Part shown: positions 9,695-19,158 of the stretch, piece by piece | How positions within the stretch are numbered: position 1 is the stretch's first letter | Layout: every line of letters starts with the position of its first letter | IMG/VR virus record: IMGVR_UViG_3300004097_003605 | Location: 610 to 64,609 of that record | DNA from: a virus | Length of the DNA stretch: 64,000 bases | Direction: 5' to 3' (one strand) | Translations under genes and position numbers: made by a program | The notes under the pieces: model-generated | Told to the model about the DNA's origin: nothing | Seen by the model: the letters and a program-made list of their open reading frames with translations, nothing else | The model's database searches: none

Positions 9695-9729
9695 TCGTCA
9701 CCTCGCGTCCGAACCGGGTAGGTCTACAG
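9695..9729 (+). promoter_or_regulatory. Phage promoter motif, copy B
   Basis: TCGTCA-cctcgcgtccgaa-CCGGGTAGGTCTACAG; 37 nt before the ATG at 9766, the first gene of the replication operon. Confidence 0.78.
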
Positions 9730-9765
9730 GTAGAGACGAAACAAACCCCGCCGAGGAACACCTGG

Positions 9766-10089
9766 ATGCACAGCGCTGCCCGACGCTTCGTCTTCGCAGA
9801 CGAAGTCCCCTTCGAGGATGTGGAAGCGAGCCTGCTGCTCGCGATCTGGGCTACGGAAAGCCTGCATGGCAGTGAACGCGTCCGCATGGACGCGGGGCAT
9901 TTTCTCGACAAGGACGCTCGCACCGTCGTCGTCGCGGCCGACACCGATGTCGGTCGCGACCTGTGCAAGGTGTTCCTCGGCTTTCTTCGTCGTGAGTTCG
10001 GCGAAGACGCCTTTCGAATTGAACGCAACAACCAACCCAATCCACGTCATTCAATCAACGAAAGGACTGCAACTACATGTCACTCATGA
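9766..10089 (+). CDS. Hypothetical protein, first gene of the replication operon
   Basis: ATG 9766 with GAGGA RBS, in the frame of ORF 9625..10089. Confidence 0.75.
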   Translation: MHSAARRFVFADEVPFEDVEASLLLAIWATESLHGSERVRMDAGHFLDKDARTVVVAADTDVGRDLCKVFLGFLRREFGEDAFRIERNNQPNPRHSINERTATTCHS

Positions 10090-10862
10090 AGCAGATTCAG
10101 AAGGGGCGGCAACCCATGCCGCCACGACTGGCGGTGTACGGCACAGAGGGCATCGGGAAGAGCACGTTTGCGGCGCAGGCTCCGAAACCCGTCTTCATCC
10201 AAACTGAAGACGGACTCGCGGAGATCGACTGTGACCGCTTCCCGCTTTCCACCACTTTCGAAGACGTCGAGACGGCATTGGCCGAGCTCGCAATGGAGCA
10301 GCACCACTACCAGACGGTCGTGATTGATTCATTGGATTGGCTGGAGCGTCTGATCTGGGACGACCTTTGCCAGCAGTACAACGTCTCATCGATCGAGAAG
10401 GTCGATGGCGGCTATGCCAAGGGCTACACGCACGCCGTGTCTCTCTGGCGCAAAGTGCTGGACGCCTTGAACGGACTTCGAACCGAACGCGGCATGGTCG
10501 TGATCTGCATTGCTCATGCGAAGGTCGAGAAGTTCGAAGACCCGGAAACCGCCGCTTACGACCGCTATTCGCCTCGGTTGCACAAGCACGCCAGCGCACT
10601 CGTCAACGAATGGTCGGACGCCGTGCTGTTCGCCACGCGGAAGTTCCGCACTCAGACGGAAGATGCTGGCTTCGGTCGCAAACGGTCGATCGCGAAGGAA
10701 ATCGGTAACGCCGGCGGCGAACGCATTCTGCGCTGCGTTGGCGGACCGTCATGCATCGCGAAGAACCGCTACGGCATCGACGAAGAGATTGATCTCTCTT
10801 GGACGGCTTTCATCAACGCACTCTCATCAACCAAACCATCAACAGGAGAAAACAATGGCTGA
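10077..10862 (+). CDS. Sak4-like phage recombination ATPase (AAA_24)
   Basis: YGTEGIGKST Walker A, VVIDSLDWLE Walker B, AKNR C-terminal motif. Confidence 0.85.
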   Translation: MSLMKQIQKGRQPMPPRLAVYGTEGIGKSTFAAQAPKPVFIQTEDGLAEIDCDRFPLSTTFEDVETALAELAMEQHHYQTVVIDSLDWLERLIWDDLCQQYNVSSIEKVDGGYAKGYTHAVSLWRKVLDALNGLRTERGMVVICIAHAKVEKFEDPETAAYDRYSPRLHKHASALVNEWSDAVLFATRKFRTQTEDAGFGRKRSIAKEIGNAGGERILRCVGGPSCIAKNRYGIDEEIDLSWTAFINALSSTKPSTGENNG

Positions 10863-11313
10863 CCTGCAGGGATTCGACGCGAACGAAGTGGAACCAACAT
10901 CAGACTTCGAAGCGATTCCAGCCGGCAAGTACGTGGCTGTCATCACTGAGTCGGAAAAGAAACCGACAAAGGCTGGCACAGGCCAGTATTTGCAACTGAC
11001 GTTTCAGATCATCGAGGGACCTCACAGCAATCGGATTCTGTGGGCTCGCCTGAATCTGGATAACCCGAACGCGACGGCCGTCGCCATCGCGAAGGCGGAA
11101 CTGTCGGCTGTGTGTCGAGCCGTCGGTGTCATGGCTCCGAAGGACTCGGTGGAACTTCACAACCTGCCACTCGTGATCCACGTACGCTGCCGACGGCGTG
11201 ACGACACGGGTGACATTACGAATGAGATCCGCGGCTACTCCCGGAAAGAGTCTCCGCCGGTCGCTGCGGCCGCGGCGACATCAGTCAGGACGCCTCCGTG
11301 GAGCCGTGCCTGA
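10855..11313 (+). CDS. DUF669 family (phage ssDNA-binding-like) protein
   Basis: AGGAG RBS; FEAIPAGKYVAVITESEKKPTKAGTGQYLQLTFQI motif; follows the Sak4-like gene. Confidence 0.85.
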   Translation: MADLQGFDANEVEPTSDFEAIPAGKYVAVITESEKKPTKAGTGQYLQLTFQIIEGPHSNRILWARLNLDNPNATAVAIAKAELSAVCRAVGVMAPKDSVELHNLPLVIHVRCRRRDDTGDITNEIRGYSRKESPPVAAAAATSVRTPPWSRA

Positions 11314-11744
11314 TGGTGGAACTGGAGTTGCCGTGGCCACCGTCGATTAACCACTACTGGCGTCGGGTCGGAGCACGAACGCTGATCAGCCGCGAGGGTC
11401 GCCGGTTCCGGGAAACCGTACTGGCGATTCTCGCGGAGACGTCGATTGTGCCACTCACGGAAGAACTCGAAATGCTGATCGTGGCCTCACCGCCTGATCG
11501 TCGGCGGCGTGACATCGACAACATCGCGAAAGCACTCCTGGATGCACTTCAGCACGGTGGCGTCTACATCGACGACAGCCAGATCGTCGACCTGAGAATC
11601 AAGAAAGCCGATCCCATCAAAAGCGGCAGAACTCTCGTGCAGATCTTTGAACTGACTGGCGACGGTCATTCGAACGATTGCGCGGCGAGAAACTCGGCGG
11701 GAGTCAGGATCGGGCATTCTCCGGAGGTTGGAAAGTGCCCCTGA
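11313..11744 (+). CDS. rusA: RusA family Holliday-junction resolvase (C-terminus runs into the inserted TA module)
   Basis: PWPPSINHYW, RRRDIDNIAKALLDAL, DDSQI motifs. Confidence 0.9.
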   Translation: MVELELPWPPSINHYWRRVGARTLISREGRRFRETVLAILAETSIVPLTEELEMLIVASPPDRRRRDIDNIAKALLDALQHGGVYIDDSQIVDLRIKKADPIKSGRTLVQIFELTGDGHSNDCAARNSAGVRIGHSPEVGKCP

Positions 11745-12091
11745 TTGCGAGTTACCAGACAGTCGGCATTCGCCTGAACGGCACTCTGATATTGAACCGC
11801 GTCTTCAAAGTCCCGGAACTTTGCGTCTATCGCGAGTTGGATGGTGCTGGCGTTGCAGGCAACCGGCGTGAAAGCATCGCGGAGCAGACCGAGCGCCCGT
11901 CGAGCCGTCCTGAGATCGGTCAGTCGCCGAACGATGTAAAAGATGTTCGTGAAACTGAGGACCGATATCTGGCCAGTCACCGACTGCTGCTCGGCCAGCG
12001 TCCAGATCGCCGCCGAGTCGTCGTAGAACGGTTCCCGATCTGCCAGCACGTCGATCAGAACGTTGGTGTCAAGGAAAACCTTCATGGTCAC
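11666..12091 (-). CDS. PIN-domain (VapC-like) toxin
   Basis: FLDTNVLID...DFEDAVQY...LVTRN PIN acidic motifs. Confidence 0.88.
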   Translation of the reverse strand: MTMKVFLDTNVLIDVLADREPFYDDSAAIWTLAEQQSVTGQISVLSFTNIFYIVRRLTDLRTARRALGLLRDAFTPVACNASTIQLAIDAKFRDFEDAVQYQSAVQANADCLVTRNQGHFPTSGECPILTPAEFLAAQSFE

Positions 12092-12333
12092 AAGCCGTGC
12101 TTTTCTGCCAGAGCGTCTTCCAGCACATCGCGCTCTGACTGTCCTTCAGGAAGCTGGATGATCCCCGTTGCACGACGGGTCAATCGCCCGATCCGAGGCC
12201 GTTCGCGATCACGCTGCGACAGCAACTGGACGAAGCGCGAGAACATGGCTGACACACTTGTGCCCTGGCTCTTCGCCAGGCGATGTGCCTCGGAAATGAC
12301 TTCAGGATCAGCGCTGAGCGTGAGTTTTTTCAT
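12088..12333 (-). CDS. RHH-type antitoxin (DUF6364-like)
   Basis: MKKLTLSADPEVISEAHRLAKSQGTSVSAMF; overlaps the start of the PIN gene. Confidence 0.82.
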   Translation of the reverse strand: MKKLTLSADPEVISEAHRLAKSQGTSVSAMFSRFVQLLSQRDRERPRIGRLTRRATGIIQLPEGQSERDVLEDALAEKHGL

Positions 12334-12426
12334 TAGAGCTGCCTCGTTACGTATTGGGGGCGATAAATCGTACGTATCAGTCAGGTGGCGGGCAAGACCG
12401 ACTTCTCGAAATCAGGAGCCGGTGAA

Positions 12427-14079
12427 ATGCTGACTCTTCGCGCTTATCAGGAAGCTGCCCGGGCAGCGGTCTACGAGCACCTTCGATCGCGGGACGATAA
12501 CCCGTGCGTCGTGATTCCCACAGGCGGTGGCAAGACACCCGTCATCGCTTCGATCTGCCACGACGCTGTGACGCTCTGGCAGGGGCGGGTTTTGATTCTT
12601 GCACACGTGAAGGAACTGCTTGAGCAGGCTGCTGACAAACTGCGAGTCGTTTCGCCGGAACTTGAGTTCGGCATCTACTCGGCCGGGCTCAATCGGCGGG
12701 ATACGGGCAGCGGCGTCATCGTCGCCGGCATTCAGAGCGTTCATCGCCGGGCCCGGGAACTTGGGGCGTTCGACCTCATCATGATTGACGAGGCGCACAT
12801 GCTGCCGCCTGAAGGCGAAGGCATGTATCGGCAGTTCCTGAGCAATGCACAGGATGAGAATCCCAACGTCAGGCTCATCGGGTTCACAGCGACGCCGTTC
12901 CGAATGAAGGACGGCCCGATCTGCACACCGGACCATTTTCTTACTCACGTCTGCTACGAAGTCGGGGTGCGGGAACTGATCCGGGACGGTTACCTCTCAC
13001 CATTGACCGCAAAGGCCGGCCGGGAACAGGCCGACACGGATGCCCTGCATGTCCGGGCTGGCGAATTCGTCGCCGGCGAAGTCGAAGCGCTAATGGACAC
13101 CGAAGTGCTTGTCGAGTCGGCCTGCACCGAGATCATTGAAACCACGCGGGATCGCCGTGCCGTTCTGATCTTCGCGTCGGGCGTCCAGCACGGTGAGCAC
13201 GTTACGTCGGTCATCGAGCGGCATGGTTTCGAATGCGGGTTCATCAGCGGCCAAAGCTCGACGTCAGAACGCGACGCGACGCTCAAGCGATTCCGAGACG
13301 GCGGTCTGAAGTACCTGGCCAACGTCAATGTGCTGACGACCGGCTTCGACGCCACGCACATCGACTGCGTCGCACTGCTCCGGCCGACGCTCTCGCCGGG
13401 CCTCTACTACCAGATGGTCGGTAGGGGGTTCCGCTGCCATCCGGGGAAGCAGAACTGCCTCGTTCTGGATTTTGGTGGCAACGTGCTCCGTCATGGACCG
13501 GTGGACGCGATTCAGATTTCAGAGGCCGCAGAAACACTCGGTGAAGCCCCGGCAAAGATGTGTCCGGAATGCCGGTCGCTGATCGCCGCAGGCTACAGCG
13601 TATGTCCCGAATGTGGATTCGAGTTCCCGCCGCCTGATCGTCAGAAGCACGAAGCGAAGGCCAGTCAGACCGGAGTGCTGTCAGGCGAAGCAACCGACGT
13701 CCGATACGACGTGCTCGACGTCCGCTACAGCGTCCATCTGAAACGCGATGCCGATGAAGGCACGCCACGAACGATGCGCGTCGAGTACCGACTGGGTCTC
13801 GATCACTGGCAGTCTGAGTGGGTCTGCTTCGAGCATACCGGATACGCCCGGTGGAAAGCGGAGCAGTGGTGGAAACGCCGCTCGCCGGACCATGTACCCG
13901 AAACAGCACAGGACGCAGTCGACATCGCCAACGCCGGCGGCGTCGCCCTGGCGGAAACGATCACGGTGTGCAGTGTTGCTGGTGAGAAGTACGACCGAAT
14001 CATCGCATACGAACTGGGTGAACTGCCGGAGCCCGTCATTCATCAACCGAGTTTCGATGATGACGAGGTGCCCTTCTGA
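12427..14079 (+). CDS. SF2 DEAD/DEAH helicase with Zn finger
   Basis: PTGGGKT, IDEAH, TATP, QMVGRGFR, CPEC...CPECG; likely start is the ATG at 12427. Confidence 0.9.
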   Translation: MLTLRAYQEAARAAVYEHLRSRDDNPCVVIPTGGGKTPVIASICHDAVTLWQGRVLILAHVKELLEQAADKLRVVSPELEFGIYSAGLNRRDTGSGVIVAGIQSVHRRARELGAFDLIMIDEAHMLPPEGEGMYRQFLSNAQDENPNVRLIGFTATPFRMKDGPICTPDHFLTHVCYEVGVRELIRDGYLSPLTAKAGREQADTDALHVRAGEFVAGEVEALMDTEVLVESACTEIIETTRDRRAVLIFASGVQHGEHVTSVIERHGFECGFISGQSSTSERDATLKRFRDGGLKYLANVNVLTTGFDATHIDCVALLRPTLSPGLYYQMVGRGFRCHPGKQNCLVLDFGGNVLRHGPVDAIQISEAAETLGEAPAKMCPECRSLIAAGYSVCPECGFEFPPPDRQKHEAKASQTGVLSGEATDVRYDVLDVRYSVHLKRDADEGTPRTMRVEYRLGLDHWQSEWVCFEHTGYARWKAEQWWKRRSPDHVPETAQDAVDIANAGGVALAETITVCSVAGEKYDRIIAYELGELPEPVIHQPSFDDDEVPF

Positions 14080-14081
14080 AC

Positions 14082-16073
14082 GTGCAACGGACTGCACTCT
14101 GGACGGCTGCTTTGGAGTATTCACAACGGGGATACGCCGTCTTCCCCTGCGCACCCGGAACTAAAGCTCCGCTCACGAAGCACGGAAATCGTGACGCGAC
14201 GCTGGACGCCTCGCAGATCGATGAATGGTGGTCTCAACGCCCGAATGCCAACATCGGTCTGGCGACGCAGGGGCTGATCGTCATCGACGTCGACACCGGC
14301 AGCACGTGGCTCACCGAGGTTGAGGGTCGAACTGATGAACTGGGGACGGCACCATTGTCGCTGACCGCCAACGGCGGCCAACAGTACATATTTCGACAGC
14401 CTGCGGAAACGCACTGGCGAAACACGGCCGGCCGTCTTGCTGATCGAGTCGATACGCGTGGCGACGGCGGTTACATCGTCGTACCGCCATCGATCCTGCA
14501 GGGCGGTCGTCGCTATCGCTGGGATGAGGATCGGGAACTCGACCTGCCATTCGACCAGTTGCCGGAACCGCCTCACTGGTTGTGTCGCCAACTCGACGCG
14601 CTTGCCACCGAAACAAAATCAAACGGCCGGAACGAGCCAACCCGTTCGCCGTCCACGTCGCCCACGGTTGCCCGTGTCGCAACCGGTTCGATCTCGGCGA
14701 ACGCAATACCGTCAGGCCAACGGAACGCCACTCTGGCGAGACTTGCGGGCACGATGCGTCGTGTCGGGATGTCCCGCAGCGAAATCCTGGCAGCACTCGA
14801 TCGGGCGAATTCGGAACGCTGTTCACCACCACTCAAATCGGGCGAGGTTGATCGCATTGCAGACAGCGTTGGCCGCTACGAACCCGATCAGATCGCCGTT
14901 GCCCTGGTTGAGAATCACTGGGATCAGATGCGGGAGAGCGATTCCGGCCCCCGTTTCACGGGGATCACGTCGGCGGAACTCGACGCCAACGAGTACAACC
15001 TGGAATACCTGATTCCGGGACTTCTGGTTCGCGGTCAGCCTGGCGTGATTGCCGGCCCGAAGAAAACGCTCAAGACGAACATCAGTGTCGACCTGGCCAT
15101 CTCGCTCGGTCAGTGCGAACCGTTCCTCGGTGCGCACCCCGTCGCGACCGCGTGCCGCGTCGGCCTGATGAGCGGTGAATCCGGAGCCGCGACGATTCAG
15201 GAAACTGCACGGCGGATCGCTACATCCAAAGGCCTGCGGCTGGCCGAGTGTGACAACGTCATCTGGTCGTTCGAGGTACCGCAACTCGGGCAGGCCGAGC
15301 AGATTCGGGCACTCAAGGCTTTTATAGAAACGCATCGACTCGATGTTCTCATTCTCGATCCAACGTATCTCATGATGCTTGGCCTTGGTGAGAACGCCGG
15401 CAATCTTTTCATTGTTGGGTCGTATCTGAAGTCGCTTGGTGAACTGGCTCAGGAAACAGGATGCACGCCGCTGCTGTGCCATCACCTGAAGAAGGGCATC
15501 GCTGAGCCGTACGAACCGGCAGAGCTCGACAACATCGCGTGGGCGGGATTTCAGGAGTTCGTACGGCAATGGCTGCTGCTCAATCGTCGCGTGCGCTACG
15601 ACCCGGATCTGGGTGGTCACCACGAACTCTGGATGTCTGCCGGTGGCAGTGCCGGCCACAGCGGGCTCTGGGGGATCGACGTCGATGAAGGCACGCGTCA
15701 GGACTCGGACGGGCGTCGGTGGGATGTCCAGATGATGACCGCCGCCGAAGCATACGCGGCTCGTGATGAAGCCTCAGAGACCGTCACTCGCCGGCGTCGC
15801 GAACGTCGTGATGCCGCGCGGGTCGATCAGGATCAGCAGACGATCATCGACGTCCTGCCACGCTTCTCTGACGGCGAAACGGCGCGAGCGATCCGGGAAG
15901 CCACCGGTCTCAGCACACGCCGGTTCAACCCGGCGATCAACGAACTCGTTTCGAACAGGGTTGTGAGCGAATGCGAAATCACCAAGTCGAACGGTCAGAA
16001 GTACTCGGGTTATCGACTCGAAAACGTCACTGGGACGACTGGGACAGACCGGGACACAAACGCGGTCCAGTGA
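14082..16073 (+). CDS. Bifunctional primase-polymerase + PriCT + AAA_25 helicase
   Basis: Prim-pol motifs VFPC...PNANIGLAT...IVIDVD and DTRGDGGYIVVPPS; GQRNATLARLAG; Walker A GPKKTLKT; LILDP. Confidence 0.9.
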   Translation: MQRTALWTAALEYSQRGYAVFPCAPGTKAPLTKHGNRDATLDASQIDEWWSQRPNANIGLATQGLIVIDVDTGSTWLTEVEGRTDELGTAPLSLTANGGQQYIFRQPAETHWRNTAGRLADRVDTRGDGGYIVVPPSILQGGRRYRWDEDRELDLPFDQLPEPPHWLCRQLDALATETKSNGRNEPTRSPSTSPTVARVATGSISANAIPSGQRNATLARLAGTMRRVGMSRSEILAALDRANSERCSPPLKSGEVDRIADSVGRYEPDQIAVALVENHWDQMRESDSGPRFTGITSAELDANEYNLEYLIPGLLVRGQPGVIAGPKKTLKTNISVDLAISLGQCEPFLGAHPVATACRVGLMSGESGAATIQETARRIATSKGLRLAECDNVIWSFEVPQLGQAEQIRALKAFIETHRLDVLILDPTYLMMLGLGENAGNLFIVGSYLKSLGELAQETGCTPLLCHHLKKGIAEPYEPAELDNIAWAGFQEFVRQWLLLNRRVRYDPDLGGHHELWMSAGGSAGHSGLWGIDVDEGTRQDSDGRRWDVQMMTAAEAYAARDEASETVTRRRRERRDAARVDQDQQTIIDVLPRFSDGETARAIREATGLSTRRFNPAINELVSNRVVSECEITKSNGQKYSGYRLENVTGTTGTDRDTNAVQ

Positions 16074-16165
16074 CCGGAACACACAGTGGGACACACCCCT
16101 ATAAGGGGGTGTCCCCACTGTGTGTGCGATGGCCCGGTGGAGCACTGGTCGATTTGTCCCAGTGG
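16031..16165. repeat. GGGAC(A) iterons plus a 20-bp-arm inverted repeat; candidate phage replication origin
   Basis: GGGAC at 16032, 16041, 16051, 16088; inverted TGTCCC near 16110 and 16155; hairpin ACACAGTGGGACACACCCCT-ATA-AGGGGGTGTCCCCACTGTGT at 16081-16123. Confidence 0.6.
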
Positions 16166-16325
16166 CACAGTGCCGGCTGCTCAGGCATGGACGCGGTCAG
16201 GCGGAGCCAACCCCATGCGATTAGGTACTTCCGAACGATGCGAACAGAAACATCCACGCGGGAACAGCAGCGCTATTGAGGACAGTTTGTTTTGTGTGTC
16301 CGAAGTCTGAACGGAGTCAGAAATC

Positions 16326-17648
16326 ATGAGAATTGAGCAACGGAAACTGACGGACGTCAAACCCTATGAGCAGAACCCGCGTCTCAACGATGGCGCGGTG
16401 GAACCCGTGGTCCAGAGCATTCAGGAGTTCGGATTCCGGCAGCCGATTGTGGTCGACGAGGATGGCGTGATCATCGTCGGTCACACGCGATTCAAGGCGG
16501 CTCAGAAACTGGGGCTGGAGAAGGTGCCGGTCCATGTGGCGAAAGGACTGACGCCAGCGCAGGTGAAGGCTTACCGCCTCGCCGATAACCGCACGGGTGA
16601 GATCGCCGAGTGGGATTACGATCTGCTGCCCATCGAACTGTCGCAGCTTGGCGAGATGGACTTCGATCTGGGCATGCTCGCCTTCACGCAGGACGACCTG
16701 GCGACGCTGCTCGACCCGGGCGTGCAGGAAGGGCTCACCGATCCAGACGCAGTTCCTGAACCACCGGACGAAGCGATCACGCAACCCGGCGACCTTTGGA
16801 TCCTTGGCGATCATCGACTGCTGTGCGGCGACAGTTCGAAGCCTGAAGACGTGGATCGGCTGCTCGATGGCCAGGCGATCCACATCGTAAATATGGATCC
16901 GCCGTACAACGTGAAGGTCGAACCGCGGTCGAACAATGCGATCGCCGCCGGCCTGTCGTCGTTCGAGGGCGCGAAGCATCACCAGAAGCTGGACGTCGCT
17001 CGGCATCCCGAGAAGGCGAAGCCTACGCAGAAAAAGCTGCGAGCGAAGGACCGTCCGCTGGCCAATGACTTCGTGTCCGATGAGGAATTCGATCGGTTGC
17101 TGGATGCGTGGTTCGGGAACGCGGCGCGAGTGCTTGAGCCTGGTCGGGCGTTCTATATCTGGGGCGGCTATGCGAATTGTGCCAACTACCCGCCGTTCCT
17201 GAAGAAGCATGGCCTGTACTTCTCGCAGGCAATCATCTGGGACAAGCAGCATCCTGTGCTGACTCGGAAGGATTTCATGGGAGCGCACGAGTGGTGCTTC
17301 TACGGCTGGAAAGAAGGCTCGGCACACCAGTTCTTTGGACCGAACAACGCGACCGATCTATGGGCGATCAAGAAGGTCAACCCGCAGTCGATGATTCATC
17401 TCACGGAGAAGCCAGTTGAGCTGGCGGTGCGGGCGATGCAGTACTCATCCCGCACTGGCGAGAACGTGCTTGATCTGTTCGGCGGCTCCGGCAGCACGCT
17501 CATGGCGGCGGAGCAGACCGGACGCAAAGCGTTCCTTATGGAACTCGATTGCCTGTATGCCGACGTGATCGTCAAGCGGTGGGAGGAGTTTACGGGCCGT
17601 AAGGCGGAGCGGATCGCGGCAGTTCCAGAACAGGAGGTACCGGCATGA
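16326..17648 (+). CDS. ParB-like N-terminal domain + N6/N4 DNA methyltransferase
   Basis: NPRLND...QPIVVD...GHTR ParB motif; DPPY; LDLFGGSGST. Confidence 0.92.
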   Translation: MRIEQRKLTDVKPYEQNPRLNDGAVEPVVQSIQEFGFRQPIVVDEDGVIIVGHTRFKAAQKLGLEKVPVHVAKGLTPAQVKAYRLADNRTGEIAEWDYDLLPIELSQLGEMDFDLGMLAFTQDDLATLLDPGVQEGLTDPDAVPEPPDEAITQPGDLWILGDHRLLCGDSSKPEDVDRLLDGQAIHIVNMDPPYNVKVEPRSNNAIAAGLSSFEGAKHHQKLDVARHPEKAKPTQKKLRAKDRPLANDFVSDEEFDRLLDAWFGNAARVLEPGRAFYIWGGYANCANYPPFLKKHGLYFSQAIIWDKQHPVLTRKDFMGAHEWCFYGWKEGSAHQFFGPNNATDLWAIKKVNPQSMIHLTEKPVELAVRAMQYSSRTGENVLDLFGGSGSTLMAAEQTGRKAFLMELDCLYADVIVKRWEEFTGRKAERIAAVPEQEVPA

Positions 17649-18025
17649 TCTACCTGGCCAGCCCTTACACGCATGCAGACGCCACGATTCGGGAAGAACG
17701 ATTTCGTGCGGTCTGTCGCGCGGCAGCCACGCTCATGCGACAGGGCCACGTTGTCTTCGCACCGATCGTTCATGGGCATCCGCTGGTGGCGGAAGGGCTG
17801 CCGATCGAATGGCCGTGGTGGGAGCGGTTCGATCGCGAGCATCTGTCGCGCTGCGACGAAGTTGTTGTGCTGATACTCGATAGCTGGGAAACGAGCACCG
17901 GCGTGCAGGCTGAGATCCGAATCGCGGAGGAACTCGGCAAGCCGGTGCGTTATCTGGCTCCGGTTGACACCGTCGCGCCCGGTTCGCCCGTGTTGGCGCG
18001 TGTGGCGATGGAGGGCGGGCTTTGA
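17645..18025 (+). CDS. DUF1937 family (nucleoside deoxyribosyltransferase-like fold)
   Basis: MIYLASPY...APIVHGH...STGVQAEI motifs. Confidence 0.85.
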   Translation: MIYLASPYTHADATIREERFRAVCRAAATLMRQGHVVFAPIVHGHPLVAEGLPIEWPWWERFDREHLSRCDEVVVLILDSWETSTGVQAEIRIAEELGKPVRYLAPVDTVAPGSPVLARVAMEGGL

Positions 18026-18102
18026 ACGTTCTACGGACCAACGAGAAAACGCCCCGACGTCGCGAACGTGGGGCGTCACGCGCTACGGAGCGCGTCGGGC
18101 GG

Positions 18103-18285
18103 TCAGTTGCCAGTCGCGTCGCTGGTGGGAACGGGCGTGTCGAGGCGGTCTGCGATCGCCAGCAGGGCCTCGACCAGATCCCAGGCATCAATGCGTGTGG
18201 AACGCCGGCCTTCATCCAGCGTTGTCTGCATGGCGGCGGTCACGTCGCGGATGGCGTCCGCCACTTCAGCTCGTGTTGTCGTCAT
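18103..18285 (-). CDS. Small hypothetical protein (60 aa)
   Basis: ATG 18285 with GGAG RBS, in the frame of ORF 18103..18420. Confidence 0.6.
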   Translation of the reverse strand: MTTTRAEVADAIRDVTAAMQTTLDEGRRSTRIDAWDLVEALLAIADRLDTPVPTSDATGN

Positions 18286-18445
18286 CGTATTCGTACTCCG
18301 CATCGGGTTCGTAAAGATGTCCGCAGCTCGCACAGCGGACGGTTTCGAAGTTGTCCTGCCAGACCAGGCGATCCGCGTCGCGTTCTCCGCAGCGCGGACA
18401 TTCGCAGCCGGGCGGGACATCGCTGGATCGTCGTTCGGCGATCAT
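18266..18445 (-). CDS. Small Zn-ribbon protein (59 aa, not in the ORF track)
   Basis: Manual translation MIAERRSSDVPPGCECPRCGERDADRLVWQDNFETVRCASCGHLYEPDAEYEYDDDNTS; AAGGAG RBS. Confidence 0.65.
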   Translation of the reverse strand: MIAERRSSDVPPGCECPRCGERDADRLVWQDNFETVRCASCGHLYEPDAEYEYDDDNTS

Positions 18446-18459
18446 GTTCGGCGTCTCCT

Positions 18460-18825
18460 TCAGGCGGTCTTCAGGGCGAAGCGGCCGCGATCGGTCTTCA
18501 CAAATCGGCTGTCGTCGCCCTTCGTTCTGATCTCGCGGATGATCGCGGCGTAAAGTGTGGCGTGAGGCGTTTTGCCACCGGGGCTCGTCCAGTAGCCTTT
18601 GGTCGCCATCGTCTCGATCATCTCCTTCGAAGCCATCGGTTCGGTCGCTTCGCCGAGCACCTTTGCCGCAGCGTCCAAGGCGCTGAGCCTCTTCGCGGAG
18701 CCGGCCTTCTTCGCCGACTGTTTCTTCGCAGCCGGTTTCGCGGCATCCGGCTTTGCCGTCGCGCTCTTGCGAGTCGTGGCCTTCCGCGTGGTCGCCTTCT
18801 TCATCGTGGTCTTACTTGCAGCCAT
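18460..18825 (-). CDS. Lys/Ala-rich N-tail + winged HTH (HARE-HTH-like) DNA-binding protein
   Basis: [18 protein letters not shown] repeats; [16 protein letters not shown]...[11 protein letters not shown]. Confidence 0.8.
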   Translation of the reverse strand: MAASKTTMKKATTRKATTRKSATAKPDAAKPAAKKQSAKKAGSAKRLSALDAAAKVLGEATEPMASKEMIETMATKGYWTSPGGKTPHATLYAAIIREIRTKGDDSRFVKTDRGRFALKTA

Positions 18826-18854
18826 TCTTCGTTCCCCTTCGTAAAGTGGGTCCA

Positions 18855-18887
18855 GAAACAGAAAGAGCCGGCCAACGTGGCCGGCTC
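18855..18887 (-). terminator. Intrinsic terminator-like hairpin
   Basis: GAGCCGGCCA-CGT-TGGCCGGCTC 10-bp stem followed by TTTCTGTTTC on the minus strand, at the stop of the 86-aa gene. Confidence 0.6.
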
Positions 18888-19146
18888 AGGAGTCCGTCGT
18901 AGTTGCCCGGTCTTTCCGGGCGAGCATCTTGTGATGCCAGTTCCAGAGTTCGATCTCGTCCTCGGTCGCGGGTCGCACCGTGTGAATGACGATCGGATGG
19001 TTGCCGTACTTCTCGCGGAAATCGGCGTAGAGGTCCTCAAGCAGCGGCATGGCCATCTCGCGGGCGAGCGTTTCGTTGTCGGCGTCGACCAGCACGTACC
19101 GCGTGACCGTCGCGACCAGCCAGGTGGTTGTGTTTGCGTTCTTCAT
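18886..19146 (-). CDS. Hypothetical protein, 86 aa
   Basis: GGCTCCTGCG region with RBS-like AGGGCT upstream; part of the antisense small-gene cluster. Confidence 0.65.
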   Translation of the reverse strand: MKNANTTTWLVATVTRYVLVDADNETLAREMAMPLLEDLYADFREKYGNHPIVIHTVRPATEDEIELWNWHHKMLARKDRATTTDS

Positions 19147-19158
19147 CGCAGGAGCCCT

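Noticed and set aside
16031-16125. Short repeats considered as a CRISPR array
   Set aside because: Repeats are only 5-6 bp with 4-5 bp gaps; no spacers and no cas genes.
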